Source: an uncultured Enterobacteriaceae bacterium
GTDB lineage: Bacteria; Myxococcota_A; UBA9042
Direction: 5' to 3'
Assembly (NCBI GenBank): GCA_964560875.1
Contig: CAZLMW010000014.1
Location: 22,864-86,863, forward strand
Length of the DNA stretch: 64,000 nucleotides
Both the position numbers and the translations under genes were made by a program. The notes beneath the pieces are model-generated. The model was not told the origin of the DNA and searched no databases. It worked only from the letters and a program-made list of their open reading frames with translations. Shown piece by piece: positions 18,608-27,454 of this stretch; position 1 is the stretch's first letter; every line of letters begins with the position of its first letter.

Positions 18608-21600
18608 GTGAACGATTTGCGACGGACCGGTATCACCAAGCGCGGCGCGAAGCGGCTTTTGAAGGTCGTCGGCGTGAGCCTGTATGCGCTCGTTGTTCGC
18701 ATCACGCTTGCGGTCGTCGCGCTGGTTTTGTGGGTCTATTTCGCCGTCAACTCGGCCTTCGTCGCCGGCCAGATCAGCACCTTTGCAACCGACGCGCTGC
18801 CCGGTTCGGTCACAGCGGCGCACGTGCAATGGGGCCCGGCACCGGGCTACTTGCGGCTCATCAAACCGGTCGTCAAAGCGCCCGATGCAACCGTGGTGAT
18901 CGCGGCAGAATGGCTCGACCTGCGGGTGGACTGGACCAGCCTCGTCAGCGACCTCGTGGCGGGGCGGGACGCAATCGAGGTGCGCATCTTGACAGCACGC
19001 ATGGTCGCTCCGCGCATCCGGCTGGACACCGACGACAGGGGCCGACTGAAGATCGCGCTTGCCTTCGCCGACCCCGACGCGGCCAAGAAGAAAGACGGCG
19101 GCCGACCGTTCATGCTGTCGATCGACTCGTTGTCAGCGCGCGAAGTGGACTACTTCATGCAGCTCAACGGCACCAAGCTCGTGGCGAAGGGCGGCGAATT
19201 GGAAGGCAGCGTGGCAATGCGTACGGCGGCCAACGAGAAGACCACCCTGAGCTGGGAGACACGCACGCTGACCGTCGCTCACGCGCAGGTGTGGCTTGAC
19301 GCTTTCGATCGAAGCGGGCTCAAGCAGCTGCCGGGCGGACCGTTCGTCGTGCAGTCGATGAAAGGCGACCTCGAGCGCGTCGATATCCAGGGCGCCTCGA
19401 TGGACCTGCCGCATATCAACCTGGCCCGGTCGGACTACACGATGACATTGGGGCCGCCGTTGGACATCCGCGGCAGCCGTGTGCTGATGACGGCGTCGAC
19501 CAGGGCGCCGATGTTCAACGCCATGCTCGGGCCGCTGTTTGACTGCGACGCGACGATCGACGGCGGTTTCCACTGGCGATCCCCGACCAAGGAGGCCGCT
19601 GCCGCCGGAGAGCGCGGCTTGTTCGAGGCCACCGGTAATGTCACCGGCGAGGGGTTGATGGGCGGCTTCATGACCCGGTCGGTCAAGGGTCGCGTCGCGA
19701 TGAAGATGGGCCACCACACCGCCGAGCACGTCGCGTCGGGCAAGCCGTCGATGGAGATCGACACGACCGGGCTCGTCATCGATGCGTTCGATGGGCGACT
19801 GCGCAGCGATCGGGTGCGCTACAAGCTGTTTGACAAGGGGCGGATGACGACGCGCGGCAAGATCGCGTCCGACAACGTCTCAATCGGCAAGGTGCTCGCG
19901 ACGCAGGTCGTCAACATCGGCGGCAAGGCGGCGATCGCGATGCAGGGTCGGCTCAGCGGTGTAGCGGACACGTTCGTCGATTTCACGATGCGAAAGGACG
20001 CCGACGAGCTGCGAAAGGCGGGCAAACCGCCGTTTGATCTCCAGGTCACGCTCGACACCGACTTGCGGATGGCCCGGCAGACCGAAGGCGTGCTGCTCAA
20101 GAAGGCGCTGCCGCAGCTGTTTGTGCGCGGCGGCATCGACTACGCGACCGGACCGGATCGCGGCACGAAGATGGCGTTTCGCAAGGTCGAGCTGTCCAAC
20201 CTCGGCAGCGGCGAAGGGATCGACATGCGGCCGACGCTGGCCCACAAGGCGCAGTGGCTCAAGGCTGATGGTGTACTGGCGCTCACCGAGGGCAAGGTCC
20301 GGCTGAAGACCGACCTGCACATGCCCGACCTCGCGGCGCTGCTCGAACCGCTGGATATCAAGGGCATAACGGGCGCCTTGTCGTTGCGCAACGCGGAGAT
20401 CGAGGGCGATCTGCTGGCGCCACGGGTCAAAGGCAAGCTGCAGGGGCGCAAGATCGTCGCGGCCGGCTATTCGGTCGAGGAGATCGACGCCGGCCTGGGG
20501 CTGCGAGACGGCAAACTCACGCTTGATGGGGCGAACATCGCGGTCTTTGGCGGGCGCCTCTCGGGCGACTTCGCGATCGGGTTGTTTTCCAAGGATCTCA
20601 AGACAATACGCAAGCTGCCGGTGATCGAGGCGCGGAAGCTGTCGGTGTTTGGCATGCCGGTGCAGCGCATCATCGAGCCGATGGGGATCACCAACGTCCG
20701 GACGGTCTGCGACGTGCGCAACGGCTCGCTCGACATCGACCTGCGCGAGCCGATGAAGACGATTCGTTTCTCCGGCCAGACCCGGCTCGTCAAGGTCGAC
20801 GTGCCCTACCAGAAGTACGACGCGCTGCAGGCGAACGTGTTGATGACCGGCGGCAAGATCACGCTCGACAAGCTGGTCGCCACGATACCGGCGGCGGGCA
20901 GGGGGCGCAGACCGGTGCAGATAACGGGCCGCATGGCGCTCGACATCACCGAACCCAAGCGGTTGCGCTACGACATCGACCTGGACACACCGCGGCTCGA
21001 TTTCGACCAGCTCGACTACCTGCGCGGCTTGCGCATGCCGATGCGCGGGCAGCTGGCGGGCCGGATCAAGATGCGCGGCGACCTCGTTGACGCCGCGATG
21101 GACCTGGATCTGCAGGTCACCGGCCTGGCGTGGGACAAGATCTGGATGGGTGACAGCCAGGTTTCGCTCGCCAAGAAGCGCGGCAAGCCCGCGATCGTCA
21201 CCAGCCGCAAGTTCTTCAAGCGCTTCGACCTGCTCGACAAGTCCACGATCATCTTCGAGCGGCTGATTCCCAACCAATGGGCGATCAACATGCGGGCTCA
21301 CGACCTCGATCCGATGCAATTCCTCGGGCTTGAGCCGATGCAAGGCGCGCGGGTCATCACCAACGGCACAGGCCTGTTCAAGATGGACTTCAGGCCCGGC
21401 AAGGACGTCTTTTCGGTCGCGCTCGAGGTGCCGGACGCGGGCATGGAGGTCGAGCTCGACGGCGGCTTCGACAACCTGCGCAACAAGGGGATCATGCGGA
21501 TGATGGTCCTGCCGACGCGGGTCGACTTTCAGAGCACGCGCTTTCAGATCGGCCGCGAAGTGGTCGAGATGTGTGGCGCATTCCTCTACGCCGATCAGCT

Positions 21601-23191
21601 CAAGAAACTGCCCGCGCGACTGCGAATGTACATGGCGGGAACGCTCGACGTGCCGCGGTTTGGGGCGCTCAAGAAGTCGATGGCGACGCTTGATATGCGG
21701 CTGTCCGTGATGCGGTCGCCGGCGCTCAAGGGAGACACGAAAGCCTGGTGTCTGCGCAAACCGGCGAAGGGCGCGATGCGCCTGACCGGCCCGTTCGATG
21801 GGCTGCGGCTCGATGGACGGCTCAAGCTCAAACCGTCGACCGTCGTGCCGCGCGGCTTTGGCAAGGAAGTGCTGCTCGCCGGTGGCGGCGCGATCGACCT
21901 GCGCACCGATGGCAAAGAGGGCATGACCATCACCGTCGACGAAAGCCACACGATCGAGGGCCGCATCGACGACGGACGGTTCCGCTTCCACGGCACGGCG
22001 CAAATGGTCAAGTACAAGGTCGACCACATGAACGCCCACTTCGAGGCCGAGGACTACGAATACGTCCAGCCCAAGGAGTACTCGGTCATCGTCGCGCCCA
22101 CGCTGCACGTCGTCGGCACCAACATGCTCGATGACAAGCGCCGCGATGTGACGCTGTCGGGCGATGTGAAGGTCACCGAGGCGGCGTACACCAAGAGCCA
22201 CGATGCGCTGCGGGCCATCGGACAAAACCTGGTCAGCCGCGAGGTCAGCGGCGGCGGGGAGTCGTTCCTTGAGAAGAACCCGGCCTACAAGGACATCAAG
22301 CTCAAGCTCCGGGTCAGCGGGCGCAACATCGAGGTGACGTCCAAGCTGCCGTTCTTGCGCACCGATGTGGAGATGAGCGCGCGCGAACTCAAAGTGGGCG
22401 GCACCCTCGGCAACATGACGGTCGATGGGCGGCTGCGCATCGAACACGGCTCGACGCTGACCTACGAGCTCTTCAAACGCGAGTTCGAGGTCGAAAAGGG
22501 CTTCCTGGACTTCTCGGGCAACGTCGCCAATCCCAACGTGCAGGTGCAGGCGCGGACCGACATCGAGCTCGCGCAAACCGACGACGCTGCGGGGTCCAAT
22601 CTCGACATCGGACCCGGCTTTGGAGGCTCGGCGGGCAGCGGCAGCGGGCAGATCCGCATCATCAAGGTGTGGGTCGGCGTTGACGGCTTGCTGTTTGACC
22701 CTGCCAAGGCGGCGCGCGGCGACTTCTCGGCGATCAACAAGAAGCTGAACATCCGCTTGTGGTCCATGCCCAGCTACGACCAGGCCAACCTCATGGCGCT
22801 CGTGCTCACGGGCAACCTGCTCACCGGCGGCCAGGGGGCGTCACTCGGGTTGGGTTACCTGACCAATGAGCTGTCGGAGATCTTCGCCTCGACGCTGCTG
22901 TCCTCGTTCATCAAGCTCGACAAATTCGAGGTCGCCCCGAAGCTCGACGGCGGCGCGTTGATCGAGGTGCGTCAAAAGCTCGGCAGGTCGCTGTCGATCG
23001 CCGGAAAGGCGGAACGAGGCGGCGCACGGACAAGCACCGAGGCGAGCTTCAACTTCCGGATCAGCGATCGCTTGTCGTTTGACGGGATGGCGCGGTCGGC
23101 CCAATCGACGCAGTACAACCAGCAGATCTACAGGGCGACTCTGCGCTACCGCGTGCCGATCGAGCGGTTCTCGGAGATCTTCGGCCTGTGA
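18608..23191 (+). CDS. TamB/AsmA-like translocation-and-assembly-module protein (DUF490 C-terminus), 1,527 aa
   Basis: An N-terminal signal-anchor helix (RLLKVVGVSLYALVVRITLAVVALVLWVYF) is followed by a long beta-rich body. The C-terminal 'SMPSYDQANLMALVLTGNLLTGG' matches the DUF490 'S.P.lsq.dilslLltGr' motif. Its stop overlaps the next gene's GTG (GTGA). Confidence 0.8.
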   Translation: MNDLRRTGITKRGAKRLLKVVGVSLYALVVRITLAVVALVLWVYFAVNSAFVAGQISTFATDALPGSVTAAHVQWGPAPGYLRLIKPVVKAPDATVVIAAEWLDLRVDWTSLVSDLVAGRDAIEVRILTARMVAPRIRLDTDDRGRLKIALAFADPDAAKKKDGGRPFMLSIDSLSAREVDYFMQLNGTKLVAKGGELEGSVAMRTAANEKTTLSWETRTLTVAHAQVWLDAFDRSGLKQLPGGPFVVQSMKGDLERVDIQGASMDLPHINLARSDYTMTLGPPLDIRGSRVLMTASTRAPMFNAMLGPLFDCDATIDGGFHWRSPTKEAAAAGERGLFEATGNVTGEGLMGGFMTRSVKGRVAMKMGHHTAEHVASGKPSMEIDTTGLVIDAFDGRLRSDRVRYKLFDKGRMTTRGKIASDNVSIGKVLATQVVNIGGKAAIAMQGRLSGVADTFVDFTMRKDADELRKAGKPPFDLQVTLDTDLRMARQTEGVLLKKALPQLFVRGGIDYATGPDRGTKMAFRKVELSNLGSGEGIDMRPTLAHKAQWLKADGVLALTEGKVRLKTDLHMPDLAALLEPLDIKGITGALSLRNAEIEGDLLAPRVKGKLQGRKIVAAGYSVEEIDAGLGLRDGKLTLDGANIAVFGGRLSGDFAIGLFSKDLKTIRKLPVIEARKLSVFGMPVQRIIEPMGITNVRTVCDVRNGSLDIDLREPMKTIRFSGQTRLVKVDVPYQKYDALQANVLMTGGKITLDKLVATIPAAGRGRRPVQITGRMALDITEPKRLRYDIDLDTPRLDFDQLDYLRGLRMPMRGQLAGRIKMRGDLVDAAMDLDLQVTGLAWDKIWMGDSQVSLAKKRGKPAIVTSRKFFKRFDLLDKSTIIFERLIPNQWAINMRAHDLDPMQFLGLEPMQGARVITNGTGLFKMDFRPGKDVFSVALEVPDAGMEVELDGGFDNLRNKGIMRMMVLPTRVDFQSTRFQIGREVVEMCGAFLYADQLKKLPARLRMYMAGTLDVPRFGALKKSMATLDMRLSVMRSPALKGDTKAWCLRKPAKGAMRLTGPFDGLRLDGRLKLKPSTVVPRGFGKEVLLAGGGAIDLRTDGKEGMTITVDESHTIEGRIDDGRFRFHGTAQMVKYKVDHMNAHFEAEDYEYVQPKEYSVIVAPTLHVVGTNMLDDKRRDVTLSGDVKVTEAAYTKSHDALRAIGQNLVSREVSGGGESFLEKNPAYKDIKLKLRVSGRNIEVTSKLPFLRTDVEMSARELKVGGTLGNMTVDGRLRIEHGSTLTYELFKREFEVEKGFLDFSGNVANPNVQVQARTDIELAQTDDAAGSNLDIGPGFGGSAGSGSGQIRIIKVWVGVDGLLFDPAKAARGDFSAINKKLNIRLWSMPSYDQANLMALVLTGNLLTGGQGASLGLGYLTNELSEIFASTLLSSFIKLDKFEVAPKLDGGALIEVRQKLGRSLSIAGKAERGGARTSTEASFNFRISDRLSFDGMARSAQSTQYNQQIYRATLRYRVPIERFSEIFGL

Positions 23192-26100
23192 CGACACGCT
23201 GCTTCATCGGCGTCGTGGCGACGGGCCTGCTGCTTTGCGGCGAGGCGGGGGCACAGCCGTACAGCACGGCAACAAGCGGCGATCCGGCCATCGCGGACGA
23301 GCTGCGGCTGACCTGCTGCAACAAGGCGATCAAACGTTCGGCCAACGCACCGGTTTGCCCCAAAGATGCGCTCGATGTGCAGGACGGAGCGGCCGGGCGG
23401 GTGGGCGCGCGCGGTATCCAGGCGCAGCAGAAGAAGCGTGAGGCCGTCGCCGTCGCCGACATCAAGAAGGCCGAAAAGACGTGCCTGGGTCACCCCATCG
23501 CCGAGGTGGATCTGCAGGGCTGCATCGGCACCCGGTGCCAATCCGAGGCGCGTCGCCGCCGATTTCTGAGCCTGCTCGACCTGGCCATCGACAAGCCGCT
23601 CAAGGCAGGCCAACTCGCGCTCGGACGACAACGGCTGCTTCACACCGGCTTCTTCCAGGTCCCCCACGTCTACTGCCGCATCCGGTACGGCAAGGCGAAA
23701 ATCGCGTTCAAAGTGAAAGGCAACCGCTTCATCCGACGGATTCGCTTTCATCGCAACGAAAAGGTCTACGGCGAGGACTTGCAGGGTCGGCTCATCTTCC
23801 AGCCGGGCGACGTGCTCGACCCGCTCTCACCAGCCGGGCGCGACATCTTGCAGCGGCAATGTTCGGTGCTCGCGACCCTGTACACCAAGCGCGGCCACGA
23901 CGACGCGGTGATCCATGTGCGCAGCCGCTCGACCGGAATCGGGCTCGTTGCCGTGGATATCGCCGTGGACGAGGGCGTCAAGCACCGCGTGTCGCGCTAT
24001 CGGGTCACAATCAAAGATCCAGCCGTGCCCAGCAGCGACGAGAGACGGCTCGGCCTGGCCTGCGAGAAGGTCACCAAGAGAGACATCCTGCGGGTCAGCG
24101 GACTGGAGGGCGAAGACGTCTTCGCGGGCCGCCTCCGCGTCAAGGCACGAGGCAAGATCCGCCGCTACTTGCGCATGCTCGGGTACGCCAAGCCGCGCAT
24201 CACGATCGAGCACCTCGATGTCGAACAGCTGGTGAAGATCGGCGTCAAGCTCGGCCGCTGCAACGTCGTGCGCATGATGACGCGCGAGACCACCGACAGC
24301 CCGTTCACGCCGACCTCCGACGAAGATCTGCTCGGCTCCATGAGCTTTGCCGAGTCGGGCGTCTTCGACCTCGACGAAGCCGAACGAAGCCGCCGCGCCC
24401 TGCGCGCGATGCTCGAAAACCGCGGCGCCCTCTTCGCCCAGGTACGCATGGACTTTCGGCGCGTGCCGAGGACCACGACGGGACGCATCGACACCGCCGT
24501 TACCTATTACATTACAACTCGTTACGCAGCACAGATCCGCGCGCTCCGGTTCCCCGGGCTGGCCCACTACAAGGACGAACAGATCAAGGCTGTCATCGGC
24601 ACGCACGCCTACGATTTCTTCGGTCAGGGCGGCTACTTGCAGATCAACCAGATGCTCGCCGACCTGTCGCGGCTCAAGTCGTTTTACGAGTCGGAGGGGT
24701 TTTTCGAGTTCCGCTACAAGCTGCGACGCGGCGCAGCCAGCCGGTTCAAGGGCGTCTTCGACCGGCGCCACTACACCCGTGGACGCGAGGAGATCTGGGA
24801 GTACCTGCTGCCCGATCGCGGCTTCAAGGTCCGTCGGCCCGGGGGCGAAAATTTCATCTACGTCGAGGTGCCGGTCGAAGAGGGACGCCGGTCGCGCCTG
24901 ACCAAGCTCAGCATCGCGGGCGCATCCAGGGGGCACGCCGCCAGGGTTCGCGAGCTCATGGGGCTGTCCAAGGGGTCGGTCATCAGCTACCGACGCTTGC
25001 TCGAGGGCGTGCACGCGGCCGAGCGATACTACCATGATCTCGGCTACTTCCAGATGCGCTTTCTGCTCGAATGTTGGGGCCGCGGCTACTCGGGAGCTGG
25101 CGTTGCCGGGTTGGGCAGGCTCGGCGGCGACGACAAGGCCGGTCTGAAAGGAAAGTCCAGCGCTGCCAAGGCGGGCCCGGCGGCGGACAAAGGCAGCAAT
25201 CCGCTCGCGGGCCTCGTCGGCAAACAACCCGCTAAGAATCTGACGCCGTGGGAGCAGGGCAAGTCCGAAAACCGCTGCCGCCAGGCGCGCCTGCTCGCCG
25301 AAAAAGTCTCGCTCCGGCTCACGGTCGCCGAAGGAAAGCGCGTGCGCATGGGCGAGGTCTTCATCTCGGGCAACTTCGACACCGACGACGACATCCTGCT
25401 GCGGGACCTGCCGCGGCCGGGCGAACCGTTCTCCAAGCCGCGGCTTTTCGATGCGCAACGCATGCTCCGCAACACCGGCCTGTTCGACTCTGTGACCTTC
25501 GACTACATCGGCGCGGATGAAGACCCCGTGCGCGACCGCATCGCCGTGCTCGTCCGGGTGGTGGAGTCGCGCAGCAAGGACCTGCAGTTCGAAGCGGGCT
25601 TTCAGACCATCAACGCCGAACGCCAACAGCAGCAAAGCGGCGGCAGCTCGGTCGTGACCACGCCGGCCTTCGTCGTCGATCATATCGAGCACCAGACCAG
25701 CGCCCAGCAGCGCCTGACCACGGGCTACGGCACGCATATGGGCGTCGTCTTGCCGAGCCTGCTGCTCACCGGCGGCGGCAGCTTCGTCGAGCGCAACCTG
25801 TGGGGTCAGGGTCACTTGCTCGAGCTGCGCGGACAGCTCGGGTGGACCTTCGACAAGATCGGCCCGGACCTCATTATCCCCGAGCTCGTCAACGTGGGTC
25901 TGACCTACTTCAACCGGCGGCTCGCGGGCTCGGACTGGTCGCTGCGACTCATCGCGCCGTATTTCATCCGCGACTACGCGACCATCACCATCGATATCGA
26001 CAAGATCGGCGCGGCGGCGGAGGTGTCCAAGCGGTTTGGCCGACTCGCGTTTACGACCGGCGTCGACCTCGCTTATGTGCGCACCCGCGAACTGCTGCTC

Positions 26101-26922
26101 AACGAGCCGTTTACCGACTTCTCGTTTCAGCAAAAGCTCATCCCGCGCGTCACCTACGACTCGACCGACAGCCCGCTCAACCCCACCCGCGGCGCGTTCC
26201 TCGCGGTGTCTGCGGCGCTCATCAACGCGCAGCTCTTCGACACCGCGGGCAAGAGCACCGGCACGGGCTCGTTCGTGAAGATCGACGCCACCGGCAAGTG
26301 GTTCAAGCGCTTCGGCGGCCAGTGGGTCCTGGCGAGCATGTTGCGACTCGGCGGCGCGTATCACCTCGCTACCAACACGACCAGCGCGTCAGACCGCAAG
26401 CTGCCGGCCAACGAACGGTTTCGACTTGGCGGAGCGCTTGGCGTGCGCGGCTTCTCGACCGGCGGCATCCCACAAGCCAACCCCGACGGCACAACACGCG
26501 GCGTCGACAACGCGGACCCGGTCGACTACGACCCGCAGGGCAACCAGCTGCCGTACAAGTGCGCGCAAAAAGACAGCCTCGACAACTGCGTGGCGTACCA
26601 AGTGGCAAACGACGGCGACGTTCTCGTCAGCGGCGCCATCGAGCTGCGCACCCCGCCGGTCTTCTTCGACTCGCTACGGCTGGCCTTCTTCTACGACTTC
26701 GGCGGCATCTCCGAAGACCTCGGCGGGCTCAACGCCGAAACCATCCGGACGGGGACAGGCGTCGGGCTGCGCTGGCTCTTCTCCGGCCAGATTCCGGTTC
26801 GACTCGACGTCGCGACGCCAACAGAAACGCGCTGCCTCGATCCGGGCGTCAAGGAAACAGCCGCCTGCGAAAACATCGAAGAGCCGGTGCAATTTCACTT
26901 CGGGCTGCTCTATGCCTTCTGA
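23188..26922 (+). CDS. Omp85/BamA-TamA-family outer-membrane protein, unusually long (1,244 aa)
   Basis: Signal peptide MTTRCFIGVVATGLLLCGEAGA|QP, followed by POTRA-like repeats. The C-terminal beta-barrel ends '...FHFGLLYAF' (OMP terminal Phe). It is translationally coupled to the TamB-like gene. Confidence 0.8.
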   Translation: MTTRCFIGVVATGLLLCGEAGAQPYSTATSGDPAIADELRLTCCNKAIKRSANAPVCPKDALDVQDGAAGRVGARGIQAQQKKREAVAVADIKKAEKTCLGHPIAEVDLQGCIGTRCQSEARRRRFLSLLDLAIDKPLKAGQLALGRQRLLHTGFFQVPHVYCRIRYGKAKIAFKVKGNRFIRRIRFHRNEKVYGEDLQGRLIFQPGDVLDPLSPAGRDILQRQCSVLATLYTKRGHDDAVIHVRSRSTGIGLVAVDIAVDEGVKHRVSRYRVTIKDPAVPSSDERRLGLACEKVTKRDILRVSGLEGEDVFAGRLRVKARGKIRRYLRMLGYAKPRITIEHLDVEQLVKIGVKLGRCNVVRMMTRETTDSPFTPTSDEDLLGSMSFAESGVFDLDEAERSRRALRAMLENRGALFAQVRMDFRRVPRTTTGRIDTAVTYYITTRYAAQIRALRFPGLAHYKDEQIKAVIGTHAYDFFGQGGYLQINQMLADLSRLKSFYESEGFFEFRYKLRRGAASRFKGVFDRRHYTRGREEIWEYLLPDRGFKVRRPGGENFIYVEVPVEEGRRSRLTKLSIAGASRGHAARVRELMGLSKGSVISYRRLLEGVHAAERYYHDLGYFQMRFLLECWGRGYSGAGVAGLGRLGGDDKAGLKGKSSAAKAGPAADKGSNPLAGLVGKQPAKNLTPWEQGKSENRCRQARLLAEKVSLRLTVAEGKRVRMGEVFISGNFDTDDDILLRDLPRPGEPFSKPRLFDAQRMLRNTGLFDSVTFDYIGADEDPVRDRIAVLVRVVESRSKDLQFEAGFQTINAERQQQQSGGSSVVTTPAFVVDHIEHQTSAQQRLTTGYGTHMGVVLPSLLLTGGGSFVERNLWGQGHLLELRGQLGWTFDKIGPDLIIPELVNVGLTYFNRRLAGSDWSLRLIAPYFIRDYATITIDIDKIGAAAEVSKRFGRLAFTTGVDLAYVRTRELLLNEPFTDFSFQQKLIPRVTYDSTDSPLNPTRGAFLAVSAALINAQLFDTAGKSTGTGSFVKIDATGKWFKRFGGQWVLASMLRLGGAYHLATNTTSASDRKLPANERFRLGGALGVRGFSTGGIPQANPDGTTRGVDNADPVDYDPQGNQLPYKCAQKDSLDNCVAYQVANDGDVLVSGAIELRTPPVFFDSLRLAFFYDFGGISEDLGGLNAETIRTGTGVGLRWLFSGQIPVRLDVATPTETRCLDPGVKETAACENIEEPVQFHFGLLYAF

Positions 26923-27361
26923 TCGCTCGGCGACCGACAAGACCGAACCAACGACCGGCTCGGCTACCGCGGACCAAACCATGGCCACGCCGCTTGACGT
27001 CGCCGCTGCTTTCGGCCGCGCCGCCGCGAATAACAACCCCAGCGTTGCCGAGGCCTTGTGCGATCCTGTCGCGTGGGCCGATCCGCGCCTTGAATCCATC
27101 CAGCGCTTCTTCGGCCGAGCCTGCAACCCGATGTTCGGGTTCGTCATCGTGCCGCAAAACACCATCGCCGGGGCCGACAACAACCGCACCGCTGTCCGCA
27201 TCGCCCTGCAACAAGCCGGCGAGACCGTGTCCGAAGGCTGGCTGCTCGGCGCCGGATCGCCCTGGCACATCCACGCCTACGTCAAATCCGAAGACGACGT
27301 GTTCGCGTTCCTGCATCCGCCTGACACGAAATCACGGGGCCCCAGCTGCCCCCACGACTGA
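26910..27361 (+). CDS. hypothetical small protein (149 aa), overlapping the Omp85 gene end by 13 nt
   Basis: MPSDRSATDKTEPTTG...DPVAWADPRLESIQRFFGRACNPMFGFVIVPQ... has protein-like composition. There is no SD or recognisable motif. Confidence 0.3.
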
Positions 27362-27454
27362 GGCGCACATGGGCTGCGACAATCAGGGTTGCGGATCGCG
27401 GAGGCCGGCGTGTCCAAAAGCCTGTGAGGCACCGGCGAAAAGGAGCAACGCGCG

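Noticed and set aside
19880-22576. 898-aa minus ORF
   Set aside because: It is antisense to the TamB-like gene. It has an Arg/Asp/Leu-biased translation with no motifs.
23827-26364. 845-aa minus ORF
   Set aside because: It is antisense to the Omp85 gene.
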